The notes: generated by a model not told the origin, from the sequence alone. A stretch of 64,000 nt of DNA from Christensenella sp. UBA4626 (GCA_002406115.1 DHNC01000014.1:5590-69589), one strand, 5' to 3'. Positions 34,876-44,008 are shown, counted from the stretch's first letter. Numbers and translations: made by a program.

Positions 34876-35758
34876 AACCTGTACCGCTTTGGTCACACCT
34901 TTTGATAAAACTGGCAAAGTTGATTTTGAGGCATTGACAAAACTAATCAAAGCCCAAATTGAAAGCAAAATTGACGCCATTCTTTTGTTGGGGACAACGG
35001 GCGAAAGCCCCACTGTTAATTTTCATGAGCGAGAGCAAATAATCAAGTTTTGCATAGAAAAAATCAACAAGCAATGTTTGGTTTTTGTTGGATGCGGAAG
35101 CAATGACACCGACATCGCCGTCAAACTTGTTAAGCAAGCAAAAAAGTTGGGTGCAGATGCCGCTGTGATTGTCACGCCTTTTTACAACAAATGCACGCAA
35201 AAAGGTCTGTTTGAGCATTACAAAATCATAAATGACAAAGGCAAATTTCCTTTCATTGTATATAACGTTCCAAGCCGAACCGGACTTAATTTGGAGCCAG
35301 AAACTTTAAGCCAACTTGAACAACTTAGCCAAATGATTGGTTTGAAAGAGGCCTCTGGCGATGTCAATCACATACTAAATGTTTTGGATAAACACACAAA
35401 GCCTGTTTACAGCGGCAACGATAAATACAACCATTTGTTTTTAACTCATGGCGGTGATGGCTGCATAAGCGTTTTGAGCAACGCCTATCCGGACGCAATC
35501 GTTAAACAATGGCAAAACTATACCACCAGTTATAATCAGCACAAAAAGTATTTCGAATTGAACAATTTGCTGTTTTGCGAAGTAAATCCTATACCTATCA
35601 AGTTTTTGTTGCACGAAATCGGTATGTGTGAAAATGTTGTTCGTCCGCCCCTTACTCGGCTAAGTTTGAACAATCAAAGCAAAATTTTAAATGCAGTTGA
35701 AAAATTAAATAATAAATCAACCAACGCTAATATATTAAAATATAAAATAAATTTTTAA
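34865..35758 (+). CDS. dapA: 4-hydroxy-tetrahydrodipicolinate synthase
   Basis: The start is taken at ATG 34865 (SD gaggc). Motifs TALVTPF, LLLGTTGESPT, YNVPSRTG and GLKEASGD. Confidence 0.9.
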   Translation: MKFKTCTALVTPFDKTGKVDFEALTKLIKAQIESKIDAILLLGTTGESPTVNFHEREQIIKFCIEKINKQCLVFVGCGSNDTDIAVKLVKQAKKLGADAAVIVTPFYNKCTQKGLFEHYKIINDKGKFPFIVYNVPSRTGLNLEPETLSQLEQLSQMIGLKEASGDVNHILNVLDKHTKPVYSGNDKYNHLFLTHGGDGCISVLSNAYPDAIVKQWQNYTTSYNQHKKYFELNNLLFCEVNPIPIKFLLHEIGMCENVVRPPLTRLSLNNQSKILNAVEKLNNKSTNANILKYKINF

Positions 35759-35953
35759 AAAAATTGCAATTTATTGCTTAAAAATTAAATTTTTACGTAA
35801 AAAATATGATTTTTTATTCCAAATTATTAAAAAAATAATTTTTTTGAGATTTTTAAAAATATAAATTGTTTGGATTGTTTAAAATAGCAAAATTATCAAA
35901 AAATAAATAATTAAAAATATTTTATATTTCGCAATAACTTTTTAAGAGGTTTT

Positions 35954-36601
35954 ATGAAAGTTCTTTTAATCGGCAGCAAAGGACGAATGGGCAAACAAAT
36001 GCAAAATTACATGACCCAAAATGAGATTGAATATTTTGCTGTGGACAAAGATAATTTTTCACTTGCCGAAGAAGTCAAATTTGATGTTATAGTGGACTTT
36101 TCCACTCCGGACGCATTGATGCAAAATCTCAGATTGGCAGTCAAAATACAAAAGCCAATTCTGATTGCAACAACTGGGCATGATGACAGAAATGAACATA
36201 TGCTCAAACTTGCAAGTAAAAAAATTCCTGTTGCTGTCTGCCCTAATTTGAGTGTCGGGATTATGGTTTTAAACAAGATGTTAAAAGCCTTTCAGGCGAT
36301 CAAAGATTTTGATTTTGTTTTAACCGAAGTCCACCACAAACAAAAACGTGACAACCCAAGCGGAACGGCAAAGCAACTTTTAAGCCAACTTAAAACTATA
36401 GACATTTCCGCTGACACCTTTGCTGTTAGAGCTGGCAATGTTTTTGGCGAACACGAGATATCCGCTTATGGAAAAAATGAGATTGTATCTATAAAACATA
36501 TAGCAACTTCAAGAGATTGTTTTTGTGAAGGTGCTATTAAAGTTTGTGAAAAACTTATAGGCAAACCTAACGGCGTTTACTCAATTGAGGATTTGCTATG
36601 A
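35954..36601 (+). CDS. dapB: 4-hydroxy-tetrahydrodipicolinate reductase (short form)
   Basis: 215 aa with MKVLLIGSKGRMG and EVHHKQKRDNPSGTA. Confidence 0.85.
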   Translation: MKVLLIGSKGRMGKQMQNYMTQNEIEYFAVDKDNFSLAEEVKFDVIVDFSTPDALMQNLRLAVKIQKPILIATTGHDDRNEHMLKLASKKIPVAVCPNLSVGIMVLNKMLKAFQAIKDFDFVLTEVHHKQKRDNPSGTAKQLLSQLKTIDISADTFAVRAGNVFGEHEISAYGKNEIVSIKHIATSRDCFCEGAIKVCEKLIGKPNGVYSIEDLL

Positions 36602-37641
36602 TTGTTTCAAAATTTGGCGGTTCCGCAACAACAAACAATAAAAGCATTGAAAATGTTAAGCAACTTTCCAAAAACACAGATAGAAATATTTTTGTTTTTT
36701 CCGCAATAGGCAAAAATTCAAAAAATGATGAAAAAATTACAGACTTGCTTTATAATTACACAAAAATCAACCCAAAAAACAAAAAAGCTCAAGAAAAAAT
36801 CAAAAATCAAATAATTTTAAAATTCAATCAATTGTGCAGATTTACCAAAATTGATATGGATATTCCATCTCAAATAAACAAATTTTGTGCTAAATTTATG
36901 GTTGATAATGATGTGGACTTTTTTGTTTCACGTGGCGAATATTTAACAAGTTTAATTATGAGCAAATATTTAGATATCAAATTTGTCCCTGCTGAAAATG
37001 CCATATTTTTAAAAAATGGAAAAATAAATTGGCAAAAGACAGAACAAAATCTTAAAAAACTTATATTAAAACATAAACGAATTGTCATCCCTGGATTTTA
37101 TGCTATGAATGAAATTGCAACATCCAAAAGCATAAATTCAATTGGGGTTAACAAAAAAATCAAACTTTTCACCCGTGGTGGAAGTGATTTGACCGGTGCA
37201 ATTATTTCAAAATGTTTGGGGGTTGGCATCTATGAAAACTGGACGGACGTCGATGGGATTTACCCTATTAACCCAAATCTTAAAAAAACTGAAATAATTG
37301 GCGAAATGTCATATAACGATTTAAAAGTTATGACCGCTTTTGACGCAAATGTTATACAAAAAGATTGCGCAAAAATTTTGAATGGAACTGGCACACTTTT
37401 AGAAATTAAAAACATTTTTAACCTTAAAGACCAAGGAAGCAGGATTTCTTCAACATATCTTAGTCCAGCCGAATACATAGTTTATAAGCAAACAAAGAGC
37501 AGCACTCTTATAAAATCTCAAATGAATGATGGCACAACTTTTAATATAAAATTGCCAAAAGATTTTAATCTCAATTTGCTTTACGATTTACACAAAAAAC
37601 TTAAATCACTCGACAATAATTTGACAAAAAACTTAAAATAA
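36598..37641 (+). CDS. aspartate kinase-family protein (short, 347 aa)
   Basis: VSKFGGSA N-terminus and TRGGSDLTGAIISKCLGVGIYENWTDVDGIY. The C-terminal regulatory region is much shorter than the usual double-ACT. Overlaps dapB (ATGA). AT-rich. Confidence 0.7.
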   Translation: MIVSKFGGSATTNNKSIENVKQLSKNTDRNIFVFSAIGKNSKNDEKITDLLYNYTKINPKNKKAQEKIKNQIILKFNQLCRFTKIDMDIPSQINKFCAKFMVDNDVDFFVSRGEYLTSLIMSKYLDIKFVPAENAIFLKNGKINWQKTEQNLKKLILKHKRIVIPGFYAMNEIATSKSINSIGVNKKIKLFTRGGSDLTGAIISKCLGVGIYENWTDVDGIYPINPNLKKTEIIGEMSYNDLKVMTAFDANVIQKDCAKILNGTGTLLEIKNIFNLKDQGSRISSTYLSPAEYIVYKQTKSSTLIKSQMNDGTTFNIKLPKDFNLNLLYDLHKKLKSLDNNLTKNLK

Positions 37642-37755
37642 ACTCTATTTAGCTTAGAATTTTGACGTTTTTTATCTATTTTGATGAGAAATAGCACAAA
37701 TATTTGCTTTAAAATTAAAAAAATGATATTATTTCTTTTGTGATTTGGAGGATTT

Positions 37756-38400
37756 ATGGAAGATTATGATATCAATATTGTGATTGGACAGAATTTGCAA
37801 AAATTAAGACGTAACATGAAATTAACCCAACTTGAACTTGCTGAAAAATTCAATTATTCTGACAAGTCTATTTCAAAATGGGAAAAGGGCGAATCTTTGC
37901 CAAGTGTTGACGTATTGTATAAATTAGCAAAATTTTATGGCGTTACCATTGACGCACTGACAAACGACAAAGACCCTTTGCCTCAAAATGAGGAAACTGT
38001 TAAAGAAAAGGACAAATTATTCCCAACAAAGTTGATTATCACCTTGCTTGCCGTGAGCACAATTTGGATTGCTGCAACTATCCTCTTTGTGTGTTTGAAA
38101 ATAACTTTAAACATCAGCCCATACATGGTTTTTGTATGGTCAGTGCCAGCATCTTGTATTTTGCTTATAATTTTCAACGGAATTTGGGGCAAGCGCCAGT
38201 GGTTGTTTTGGATATTGTCAATTATGCTGTGGTCATTGCTCGTAAGCCTGCATTTGCAACTGATAGATTTGCACATTTGGCCAATATATTTCATTGGCAT
38301 TCCTCTTCAAATAGCCTTCATCCTTTGGGGCGCCCTTTTGAGGAAACCAAAAACCAAACACCACAAATCCACCCCTCAACCCCCACAAGACAATAAATAA
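37756..38400 (+). CDS. XRE-family HTH domain fused to a 4-5-TM membrane domain
   Basis: 214 aa. HTH IGQNLQKLRRNMKLTQLELAEKFNYSDKSISKWEKGESLP followed by hydrophobic segments. Confidence 0.75.
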   Translation: MEDYDINIVIGQNLQKLRRNMKLTQLELAEKFNYSDKSISKWEKGESLPSVDVLYKLAKFYGVTIDALTNDKDPLPQNEETVKEKDKLFPTKLIITLLAVSTIWIAATILFVCLKITLNISPYMVFVWSVPASCILLIIFNGIWGKRQWLFWILSIMLWSLLVSLHLQLIDLHIWPIYFIGIPLQIAFILWGALLRKPKTKHHKSTPQPPQDNK

Positions 38401-38520
38401 AAAACAAATTAAAGTTTAAGACAAAAAATAGATCAATAAATTTAGTTAGGCCTCAAATGTAGACCGACACCAACTTATTGATCTTTTTTAACTTTTTAAA
38501 TTTTTAAAATATTCTATATT

Positions 38521-39225
38521 TTATTGTTTGTTTTCATCCGCATCCTGCAATTCAGCCTGATTTGTTTCTTTTGATACAGATTCATTCAATTTATTTTTCC
38601 TTTTATTTACAAAATGCTTGATAATTGCGATTAAAATAATCAAGACAATCAACATTAAGAAAATGTAAAACAGCCAATCATTTAACGCCGGGAAAAACTC
38701 CAAAATAAGTGTAACCAACAGACCGGCGACAACATTCCCCGCCATAACAGACAAGCAAGTTGAGATGTAATCTAAACCCAAAAACAACGCAACGCAAGTG
38801 CCCATCCATACTCCCGTAAAAGGCAAAGGAATCGCTACAAAAGCAAACACACCAAGCAATTTTTTCCACCAGGATTTTGTAAATTTTGCACCTTGTTCAT
38901 CCGCTCCATTGATAGTTTGAGCCTTGCTTTTAACCTTGTTTTCAATTGCCATGGCAAGTTTGTGGAAAAGTTTTGTGCGTTTAAGCCAATTTATGATTGG
39001 CAAAAATATCAAAGCGATGATAGGAACAACCGCACAACTTCCAAGCAAACTCCAACCAAAAGCAGTCCAGTTATTCATTGCTATTTCTTTCCAAAAGCCA
39101 GTGTTTGTTGCAAAAGGTATCGCACCACGCAACTCAATTACAGGCAGCATTGAAATCAAAACAGTCGCCAAAACAATATTTTCGCCAAATATGTTGTGAA
39201 AAACTGTATGTATAAATTCTGTCAT
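38521..39225 (-). CDS. small multidrug export-like membrane protein (COG2426 / Sm_multidrug_ex type)
   Basis: 234 aa with the signature MLPVIELRGAIPFA near the N-terminus. Multi-TM. Confidence 0.6.
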   Translation of the reverse strand: MTEFIHTVFHNIFGENIVLATVLISMLPVIELRGAIPFATNTGFWKEIAMNNWTAFGWSLLGSCAVVPIIALIFLPIINWLKRTKLFHKLAMAIENKVKSKAQTINGADEQGAKFTKSWWKKLLGVFAFVAIPLPFTGVWMGTCVALFLGLDYISTCLSVMAGNVVAGLLVTLILEFFPALNDWLFYIFLMLIVLIILIAIIKHFVNKRKNKLNESVSKETNQAELQDADENKQ

Positions 39226-39430
39226 AAAATTCCCCAGTGTAATTTATAATTATTTTAAACTTTATTTGCTTAACTCTTCAAAAATTATAGTAAAAATTCC
39301 AACTTATACTAATAAATATTGGAGGGATAGTCAAGTAAAATGGAAATTATTGTGTTTTTTTGTAAAATGTTTAATTTTGTTTTTAAAATTTGAGTTGTTG
39401 TTGTATAATTAAATTAAATATGGGGGCAAT

Positions 39431-40165
39431 ATGAAACTGGTTTATGTTATTGACACTGTCAGCGACATCAAAAACAAATTGGATCTTTTGAAATCGAAAT
39501 TTGGCAATGAAATTTATTATGTTGTCAAAAGTCCTTTTCAGTCGCTTGTTAAATCGTTTGGATATAACATAAACGCATTATACACAAAAAATTTGGCAAA
39601 AGTCATCCACAATATGCTGTTGAGTTGCCCTGTTGACGATATTGTGATTTGTTACAACAGTTTGGATTTCAACAATCAACTTTTAAACAGTTTTATCGGC
39701 AAAATTGGCAACGGCAAAAAGATTGTCAACCTTATGCCTAATTACAACTTTTTTGAGCAAATCGGCAACGGAACATACAATATTTACGTCAAATCAATGT
39801 TTAAAAATAAAGATAGTTTGGCAAGCACCAAACTTCAATATATCCCAAGGGAATTTTTGCTTGAATTGCTGTCCACTCACTTTGCAAACAAAATGTTTGA
39901 AATCAATCCTCTCTACGTCACAAATGTGTATATTGAGGACAAGGAAATCAATAAATCAGCAAAGACCAAACGACCTTTCAACAAATTTAGCCTGATTCCA
40001 ATTATTGTTGCATTGCTCGTGGCTGCGGCTGCAATAACTGTTATGGCGTTTGTCAAAATTGGCTATTTGTTCTGGCTTGTTGTTGTGTTTGCACTGCTTT
40101 TGGATATCGTTTTGGCAATCATTTTCGACTGCAAAAGTAAATTTGACGCTCGGTTCTTGAACTGA
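39431..40165 (+). CDS. hypothetical protein with two C-terminal TM segments
   Basis: 244 aa with SD gggggc. No motif recognised. Its stop codon lies inside the first unit of the 43-44-bp tandem repeat. Confidence 0.5.
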   Translation: MKLVYVIDTVSDIKNKLDLLKSKFGNEIYYVVKSPFQSLVKSFGYNINALYTKNLAKVIHNMLLSCPVDDIVICYNSLDFNNQLLNSFIGKIGNGKKIVNLMPNYNFFEQIGNGTYNIYVKSMFKNKDSLASTKLQYIPREFLLELLSTHFANKMFEINPLYVTNVYIEDKEINKSAKTKRPFNKFSLIPIIVALLVAAAAITVMAFVKIGYLFWLVVVFALLLDIVLAIIFDCKSKFDARFLN

Positions 40166-40306
40166 GCGTTCTTAATACGTCAGTATTAAGTCGCCGAAAC
40201 TTGAACTGAGCGTTCTTAATACGCTAGTATTAAGTCGCCGAAGTTGAACTGAGCGTTCTTAATACGCTAGTATTAAGTCGCCAAAGTTGAACTGAGCGTT
40301 CTTAAT
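40157..40306. repeat. tandem repeat, 43-44-bp unit, 3.5 copies, each unit a hairpin
   Basis: Units start at 40157, 40201, 40244 and 40287 (partial). The unit is ttgaactgagcgtt-CTTAATAC-gcta-GTATTAAG-tcgccgaag. The units abut, with no spacers. Confidence 0.9.
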
Positions 40307-40385
40307 GTTGCAACAAAAAAAGGGCTTGTGTTTGAGTGCTACCCTACTGGGTAAACCTCACATTCAAGTCCTTTTTTAAATTTCG

Positions 40386-40667
40386 TTAGATTTTTGCTTC
40401 TACTGTGGCAATCTTTCTGCCCCTAGCGTCACGTTTAAAGCGAACAACGCCATCAATTAAAGCAAACAATGTATAATCTTTGCCGCAACCAACGTTTGTT
40501 GATGGGTAGATCTTTGTTCCTCTTTGACGAACAATGATTGAACCAGCGTGAACAAATTGACCGTCGCCAGTTTTAACGCCAAGACGTTTTGATTCACTAT
40601 CACGACCGTTCTTTGTGCTACCGCCACCTTTCTTGTGGGCAAACAATTGAATATTGAACTTAATCAT
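40386..40667 (-). CDS. rpmA: 50S ribosomal protein L27 (with the N-terminal propeptide cleaved by Prp)
   Basis: 93 aa: [24 protein letters not shown]. Confidence 0.97.
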   Translation of the reverse strand: MIKFNIQLFAHKKGGGSTKNGRDSESKRLGVKTGDGQFVHAGSIIVRQRGTKIYPSTNVGCGKDYTLFALIDGVVRFKRDARGRKIATVEAKI

Positions 40668-40669
40668 AG

Positions 40670-40981
40670 TTACTCCTTTATTTTAATGTACTTTTTGTAC
40701 TCGCCTGCAATTTGTTTGAGAGACAGATAAGCGCTTTTCATGAGGATTTGTGCTTGCTTGTCGCTTCCGTCAACGGAAATACGCATAAACGGAACATCTT
40801 CGTCAATCGCAAAATCGACCTTGGTTTTGACGACATCGGTCAAACCATTCAAAGTCATCTGCATGATTGAAGAAACCGCACTGCACACAATGTCCTGCCC
40901 CGCCTCTGCATAACCAGAGTGACCTTTGGCTTGAATTGAACAAATTGTATCGTTAGACTTTAAAATTGTTAAGTTAATCAT
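40670..40981 (-). CDS. prp: ribosomal-processing cysteine protease Prp
   Basis: 103 aa between rplU and rpmA, with [18 protein letters not shown] (catalytic His/Cys). Confidence 0.9.
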   Translation of the reverse strand: MINLTILKSNDTICSIQAKGHSGYAEAGQDIVCSAVSSIMQMTLNGLTDVVKTKVDFAIDEDVPFMRISVDGSDKQAQILMKSAYLSLKQIAGEYKKYIKIKE

Positions 40982-40984
40982 CTA

Positions 40985-41290
40985 TTAACCTATGCTTTCG
41001 ATTGTAATTTTTGTGTATGGTTGTCTGTGACCTTGTTTTTTACGTTCGTTTTTCTTTGCTTTGTATTTGTAAACAGTGATTTTCTTATCCAAAACGTGTT
41101 CAACAACTTTGGCACTAACAACAACATTTTTTACAACAGGGTTGCCAACTTTTGATTTGCTGCCATCAACAACCATAAGCACTGGGAAAGTTACAACTTC
41201 ACCTGCTTCTGCGTTAAGACGATCAACAACAATTGTATTGCCGGCTTCAACTTTATATTGTTTACCTGAAATATTTGCTATTGCGTACAT
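40985..41290 (-). CDS. rplU: 50S ribosomal protein L21
   Basis: 101 aa: MYAIANISGKQYKVEAG ... KKQGHRQPYTKI. Confidence 0.97.
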   Translation of the reverse strand: MYAIANISGKQYKVEAGNTIVVDRLNAEAGEVVTFPVLMVVDGSKSKVGNPVVKNVVVSAKVVEHVLDKKITVYKYKAKKNERKKQGHRQPYTKITIESIG

Positions 41291-41370
41291 ACTAGTTACC
41301 TCCTATAAAGACTCACTTTTAAGGCACTCTAAGAGATTTAAAGCCTGTTCAACGTGGTACTACATTGGCT

Positions 41371-41399
41371 AGTATAACAAAAGACGACAAGATTGTCAA
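41371..41399 (-). promoter_or_regulatory. promoter of rplU-prp-rpmA (followed by a ~75-nt leader, possibly an L21-leader-type element)
   Basis: The minus strand reads TTGACA-17 nt-TATACT. I could not verify the leader against a covariance model. Confidence 0.6.
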
Positions 41400-41445
41400 C
41401 AGTTTAACCGCAAATTTTGCCCCACTTTCTTCCGCCCCGAGACAA

Positions 41446-41592
41446 ATAATGTTTGATAGTCCGCTCGCCTTGTGTCCCCTCAGGGGTCCCCAAAAAACTT
41501 ACGTTTTTAGGTGCGTTTGCCTGGGGAAGGTTGGTACGATTATGTTTAATAATCCGCTCGCCTCGTGTCCCCTTGTGAGGGGAAGGTTGGTA
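41446..41592. repeat. repeat A, two tandemly arranged diverged copies (core ...atgtttRataRtccgctcgcctYgtgtcccct...)
   Basis: 41446-41500 and 41538-41592 share ~40 nt. The first copy contains the 29-mer gtgtcccctcaggggtccccaaaaaactt, which recurs at 44369-44397. ggggaaggttggta occurs at 41523 and 41579, and inverted at 41695. Confidence 0.85.
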
Positions 41593-41725
41593 AAACGCTT
41601 GCGTTTTAACAAAGGGTAGTTTATTTTAGTCCTCTTTTGTTTAGCTTTTTAAATAGGATGTTATTGTAACTACCCTTTGGTACTCGTAAACTCGTACCAA
41701 CCTTCCCCTCACAAGGGGACACGAG
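41562..41725. repeat. MITE-like palindromic element with 31-bp perfect terminal inverted repeats
   Basis: ctcgtgtccccttgtgaggggaaggttggta (41562-41592) is the exact reverse complement of 41695-41725. There is also an inner 11-bp inverted repeat aaagggtagtt / aactacccttt (41611-41621 / 41668-41678). Confidence 0.8.
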
Positions 41726-41784
41726 ATTGCTATGGCGACAGTTGCAACGTTGCCACCCTGAGCAAGTTCCTAGGATAAAGCCCT

Positions 41785-41882
41785 GTCACCCTGAGCGTAG
41801 TCGAAGGGTCTCTATGCTTCGCACAGGCTTATCATGTGTCCTGAGATCCTTCGACTACGCTAACGCTCCGCTCAGGATGACA
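41785..41882. repeat. GC-rich palindromic element B (GTCAyCCTGAGCG ... TCGAAGG ... loop ... CCTTCGA ... CGCTCAGGATGAC)
   Basis: gtcaccctgagcgtagtcgaagggtctc pairs with gagatccttcgactacgctaacgctccgctcaggatgac. The 69-nt right part (41814-41882) matches 44275-44343 with 5 mismatches. Confidence 0.85.
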
Positions 41883-41902
41883 GCATCATACTTAACCACA
41901 AC

Positions 41903-41933
41903 AAAAAAGTACCAATCTATTTGGTACTTTTTT
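41903..41933. terminator. bidirectional terminator downstream of the 667-aa gene
   Basis: aaaaaagtaccaa-tctat-ttggtactttttt (9-bp stem). Confidence 0.8.
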
Positions 41934-41998
41934 GTATTTAAATACAGCTTTTAACATATTAACATTTAAGGAGTTTTAACAATTTTTTATTCAAACCT

Positions 41999-44002
41999 TT
42001 ATTCAACCCATTTTTGCTTGCTTGGCAAAACAATTGTTTGATTTTCAATCTGAGATGAAGTTTGTTCATTCTCTTTTGTTATGCTTGTTGTGCTGGTTGT
42101 TTCGTTCTTTGTCCAATCCGCAACCAAAGCATGGTTTGCAGCGGTTGTCATTTGAGTGGATGAAGTGATGTATGTTTTTGTCAATGTGCTTTCTGTTGAG
42201 ATTTGAACATTTCTTACATAATAAGGCTGTGGTGCATATGTATCACTTCTATATATCCAAATTGAAACATAATAGCAATCATCTTCCAAAAGTTGTGTGC
42301 TGCCACCATAAAGATGTCTTTGCCAGCCATATTCACCAGCATTTATTCCAAAATTTGAAAGTTCTTGTGCACTTCCGTTATTGTTGTAATGTTCTTTTGT
42401 TGAAGTGAAATAATCTACTGAAATATATCCCAAAGCATCGCTATATTCACTCATAACCTCAGTGTAAACATAAAGAGATTTAAGATTGTTCACTGGAATT
42501 AAACCTGAATTTACATATGAATTTATATTTGGTAAATACAACTCACCAGTTGTGGCGTTGTATGTGGCTCCGTAATGCAATGTCCACATACTCAAATCTG
42601 GAACAATGCTTGCCCCAAGCCAGCCATTGAATGTGTAGCCCTCTCTTGTCGGCGTTGGCAATGTGCCATATAAACCATCATATTCCACGGACTTTGATGG
42701 CACTGTATATGTTGTAAGTGTGCTGCCTTTTTCAATTTTAAATTCACTTAGTGACCCAGAAGTAATAGGATAAGTGTTTGTATCTTTAAAAGAAAATAAA
42801 TAAGTACCGTTCTCCAAATGAGAGATATCGAAAAACACTTTTGCATCGGTTGTTGAACCATTAAAACCAACTGCAATGTATTCAAATGTGCCATCAACTT
42901 GAATAGTGGTATACCTACGATTGCCGCTATTGCTATAATTAAGTCCTTTTAAATAATCACTTTTATTTTTGAACAATTGTATTTTTCTGTTGCTATAAGA
43001 GTTAGACCCTGAAGCCTTTCCATACAAAGTGTTTGTTGTTTCGTCATATTCAACTGCCGCTGTTTCCCCGCCAAGACTTGTATTGTTAGATAACAACAAA
43101 TTTGGATTAGCATCATCATTTTGATTTAAAAACACATTATAAGTGTTTGCTTGCCATTCGGCGGTTATTGTGCCGACGGATTTTCCAAAGGTGTAAGTTG
43201 AGCCGTTGAGGCTGCCGTCGCCGGTGAATGACCAGCCGGAAAATGTGTAGCCAGTGCGGGTTGGTGTGCCCAAGGTTATGGTTGAGCCCCTATCTTGGCT
43301 GACGGTGGTTACGTCCGAACTGTTGTTGTAACTGCCACCATTTGGGCGGATGTACACGGTGTTTTCCACATCTGGATTGTCCTTATTTTGATAAATCAGG
43401 CGGCTGGCGGTGACTGCGGTGCTGACGCCTGTTTCTGCCTTTAAAAGTGATTGAATTACGTGGGCGTTGGCGGTGAGTTTTGCTGAACCGCTTTTATATT
43501 CATTGCCGAGCGAACTTGGGATTGAAACTGAGATGCTGGCTGCGGTTTTTGAACTGGACGCAAGCAAGGTGGCCTCAACAGTTGTGGTGGACACGTCGCC
43601 CGTGATTTGAGTGCCGGTGAGGTTGTACCACGAAGTGAAACTTTCGCTTGCCTCGGTTTGGTTGAGTTTGAAAATATCCAATTGAATTTCAAGCAAGGCG
43701 TAGATGTCATAATCACCGATATTTTTGACGTAAATATTTGACAATTGAACCTTATCACCTGGCTTGATTTTGCTAAGTTGTTTGTTGAGGAGTTCGGTTG
43801 TGTAAACCTGGTCAGTTGAGGTGACAAAATCTGCATTTATGTTGGCAAAGTATAATTCACCATTGCTGGCGGCTTTTGCTGTAAAATATGCATAACTAGC
43901 ACCAACACCTAAAAAAACAGCAATAAAAAGTATTGCCACCTTTAATGTTAATGACACCCCTCCACTGCGGCGGATTGGGGTTGACTGTCCCCCTAACTTC
44001 AT
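41999..44002 (-). CDS. secreted/cell-surface protein: SipW-type signal peptide + TasA/camelysin-like N-domain + InlB B-type repeats + large beta-rich C-terminal region
   Basis: 667 aa. The signal-anchor ends GVGASYAYFTAKA, as in SipW-dependent substrates. IKPGDKVQLSNIYVKNIGDYD resembles TasA/CalY. Repeats GYTFSGWSF...TITAEWQANTYNV and EGYTFNGWLG. No SD; the ATG lies 6 nt after a -10 hexamer. Confidence 0.65.
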   Translation of the reverse strand: MKLGGQSTPIRRSGGVSLTLKVAILFIAVFLGVGASYAYFTAKAASNGELYFANINADFVTSTDQVYTTELLNKQLSKIKPGDKVQLSNIYVKNIGDYDIYALLEIQLDIFKLNQTEASESFTSWYNLTGTQITGDVSTTTVEATLLASSSKTAASISVSIPSSLGNEYKSGSAKLTANAHVIQSLLKAETGVSTAVTASRLIYQNKDNPDVENTVYIRPNGGSYNNSSDVTTVSQDRGSTITLGTPTRTGYTFSGWSFTGDGSLNGSTYTFGKSVGTITAEWQANTYNVFLNQNDDANPNLLLSNNTSLGGETAAVEYDETTNTLYGKASGSNSYSNRKIQLFKNKSDYLKGLNYSNSGNRRYTTIQVDGTFEYIAVGFNGSTTDAKVFFDISHLENGTYLFSFKDTNTYPITSGSLSEFKIEKGSTLTTYTVPSKSVEYDGLYGTLPTPTREGYTFNGWLGASIVPDLSMWTLHYGATYNATTGELYLPNINSYVNSGLIPVNNLKSLYVYTEVMSEYSDALGYISVDYFTSTKEHYNNNGSAQELSNFGINAGEYGWQRHLYGGSTQLLEDDCYYVSIWIYRSDTYAPQPYYVRNVQISTESTLTKTYITSSTQMTTAANHALVADWTKNETTSTTSITKENEQTSSQIENQTIVLPSKQKWVE

Positions 44003-44008
44003 ACTTTT

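Noticed and set aside
33598-35953. Lysine riboswitch (L-box) or T-box upstream of asd and dapB.
   Set aside because: The spacers are almost pure A/T with no GC-containing helices. None of the conserved L-box or T-box core sequences is visible by eye. This still needs a covariance-model scan.
40157-40306. Possible CRISPR array (regular 43-44-bp repeats with internal palindromes).
   Set aside because: The units abut directly with no unique spacers between them, and there are no cas genes or leader. It is a plain tandem repeat.
41291-41370. L21-leader ribosomal autoregulatory RNA upstream of rplU.
   Set aside because: The ~75-nt 5'-UTR is in the right place, but I could not verify the consensus structure by eye. 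It is mentioned only in the promoter feature.
41365-41954. ORFs 41365..41619 and 41727..41954 (+) from the track.
   Set aside because: They run through repeat A, the MITE-like element and palindromic element B. The peptides (…RSFDYANAPLRMT…) are translations of the palindromic repeats. They have no SD and the same peptide reappears from the second repeat copy.
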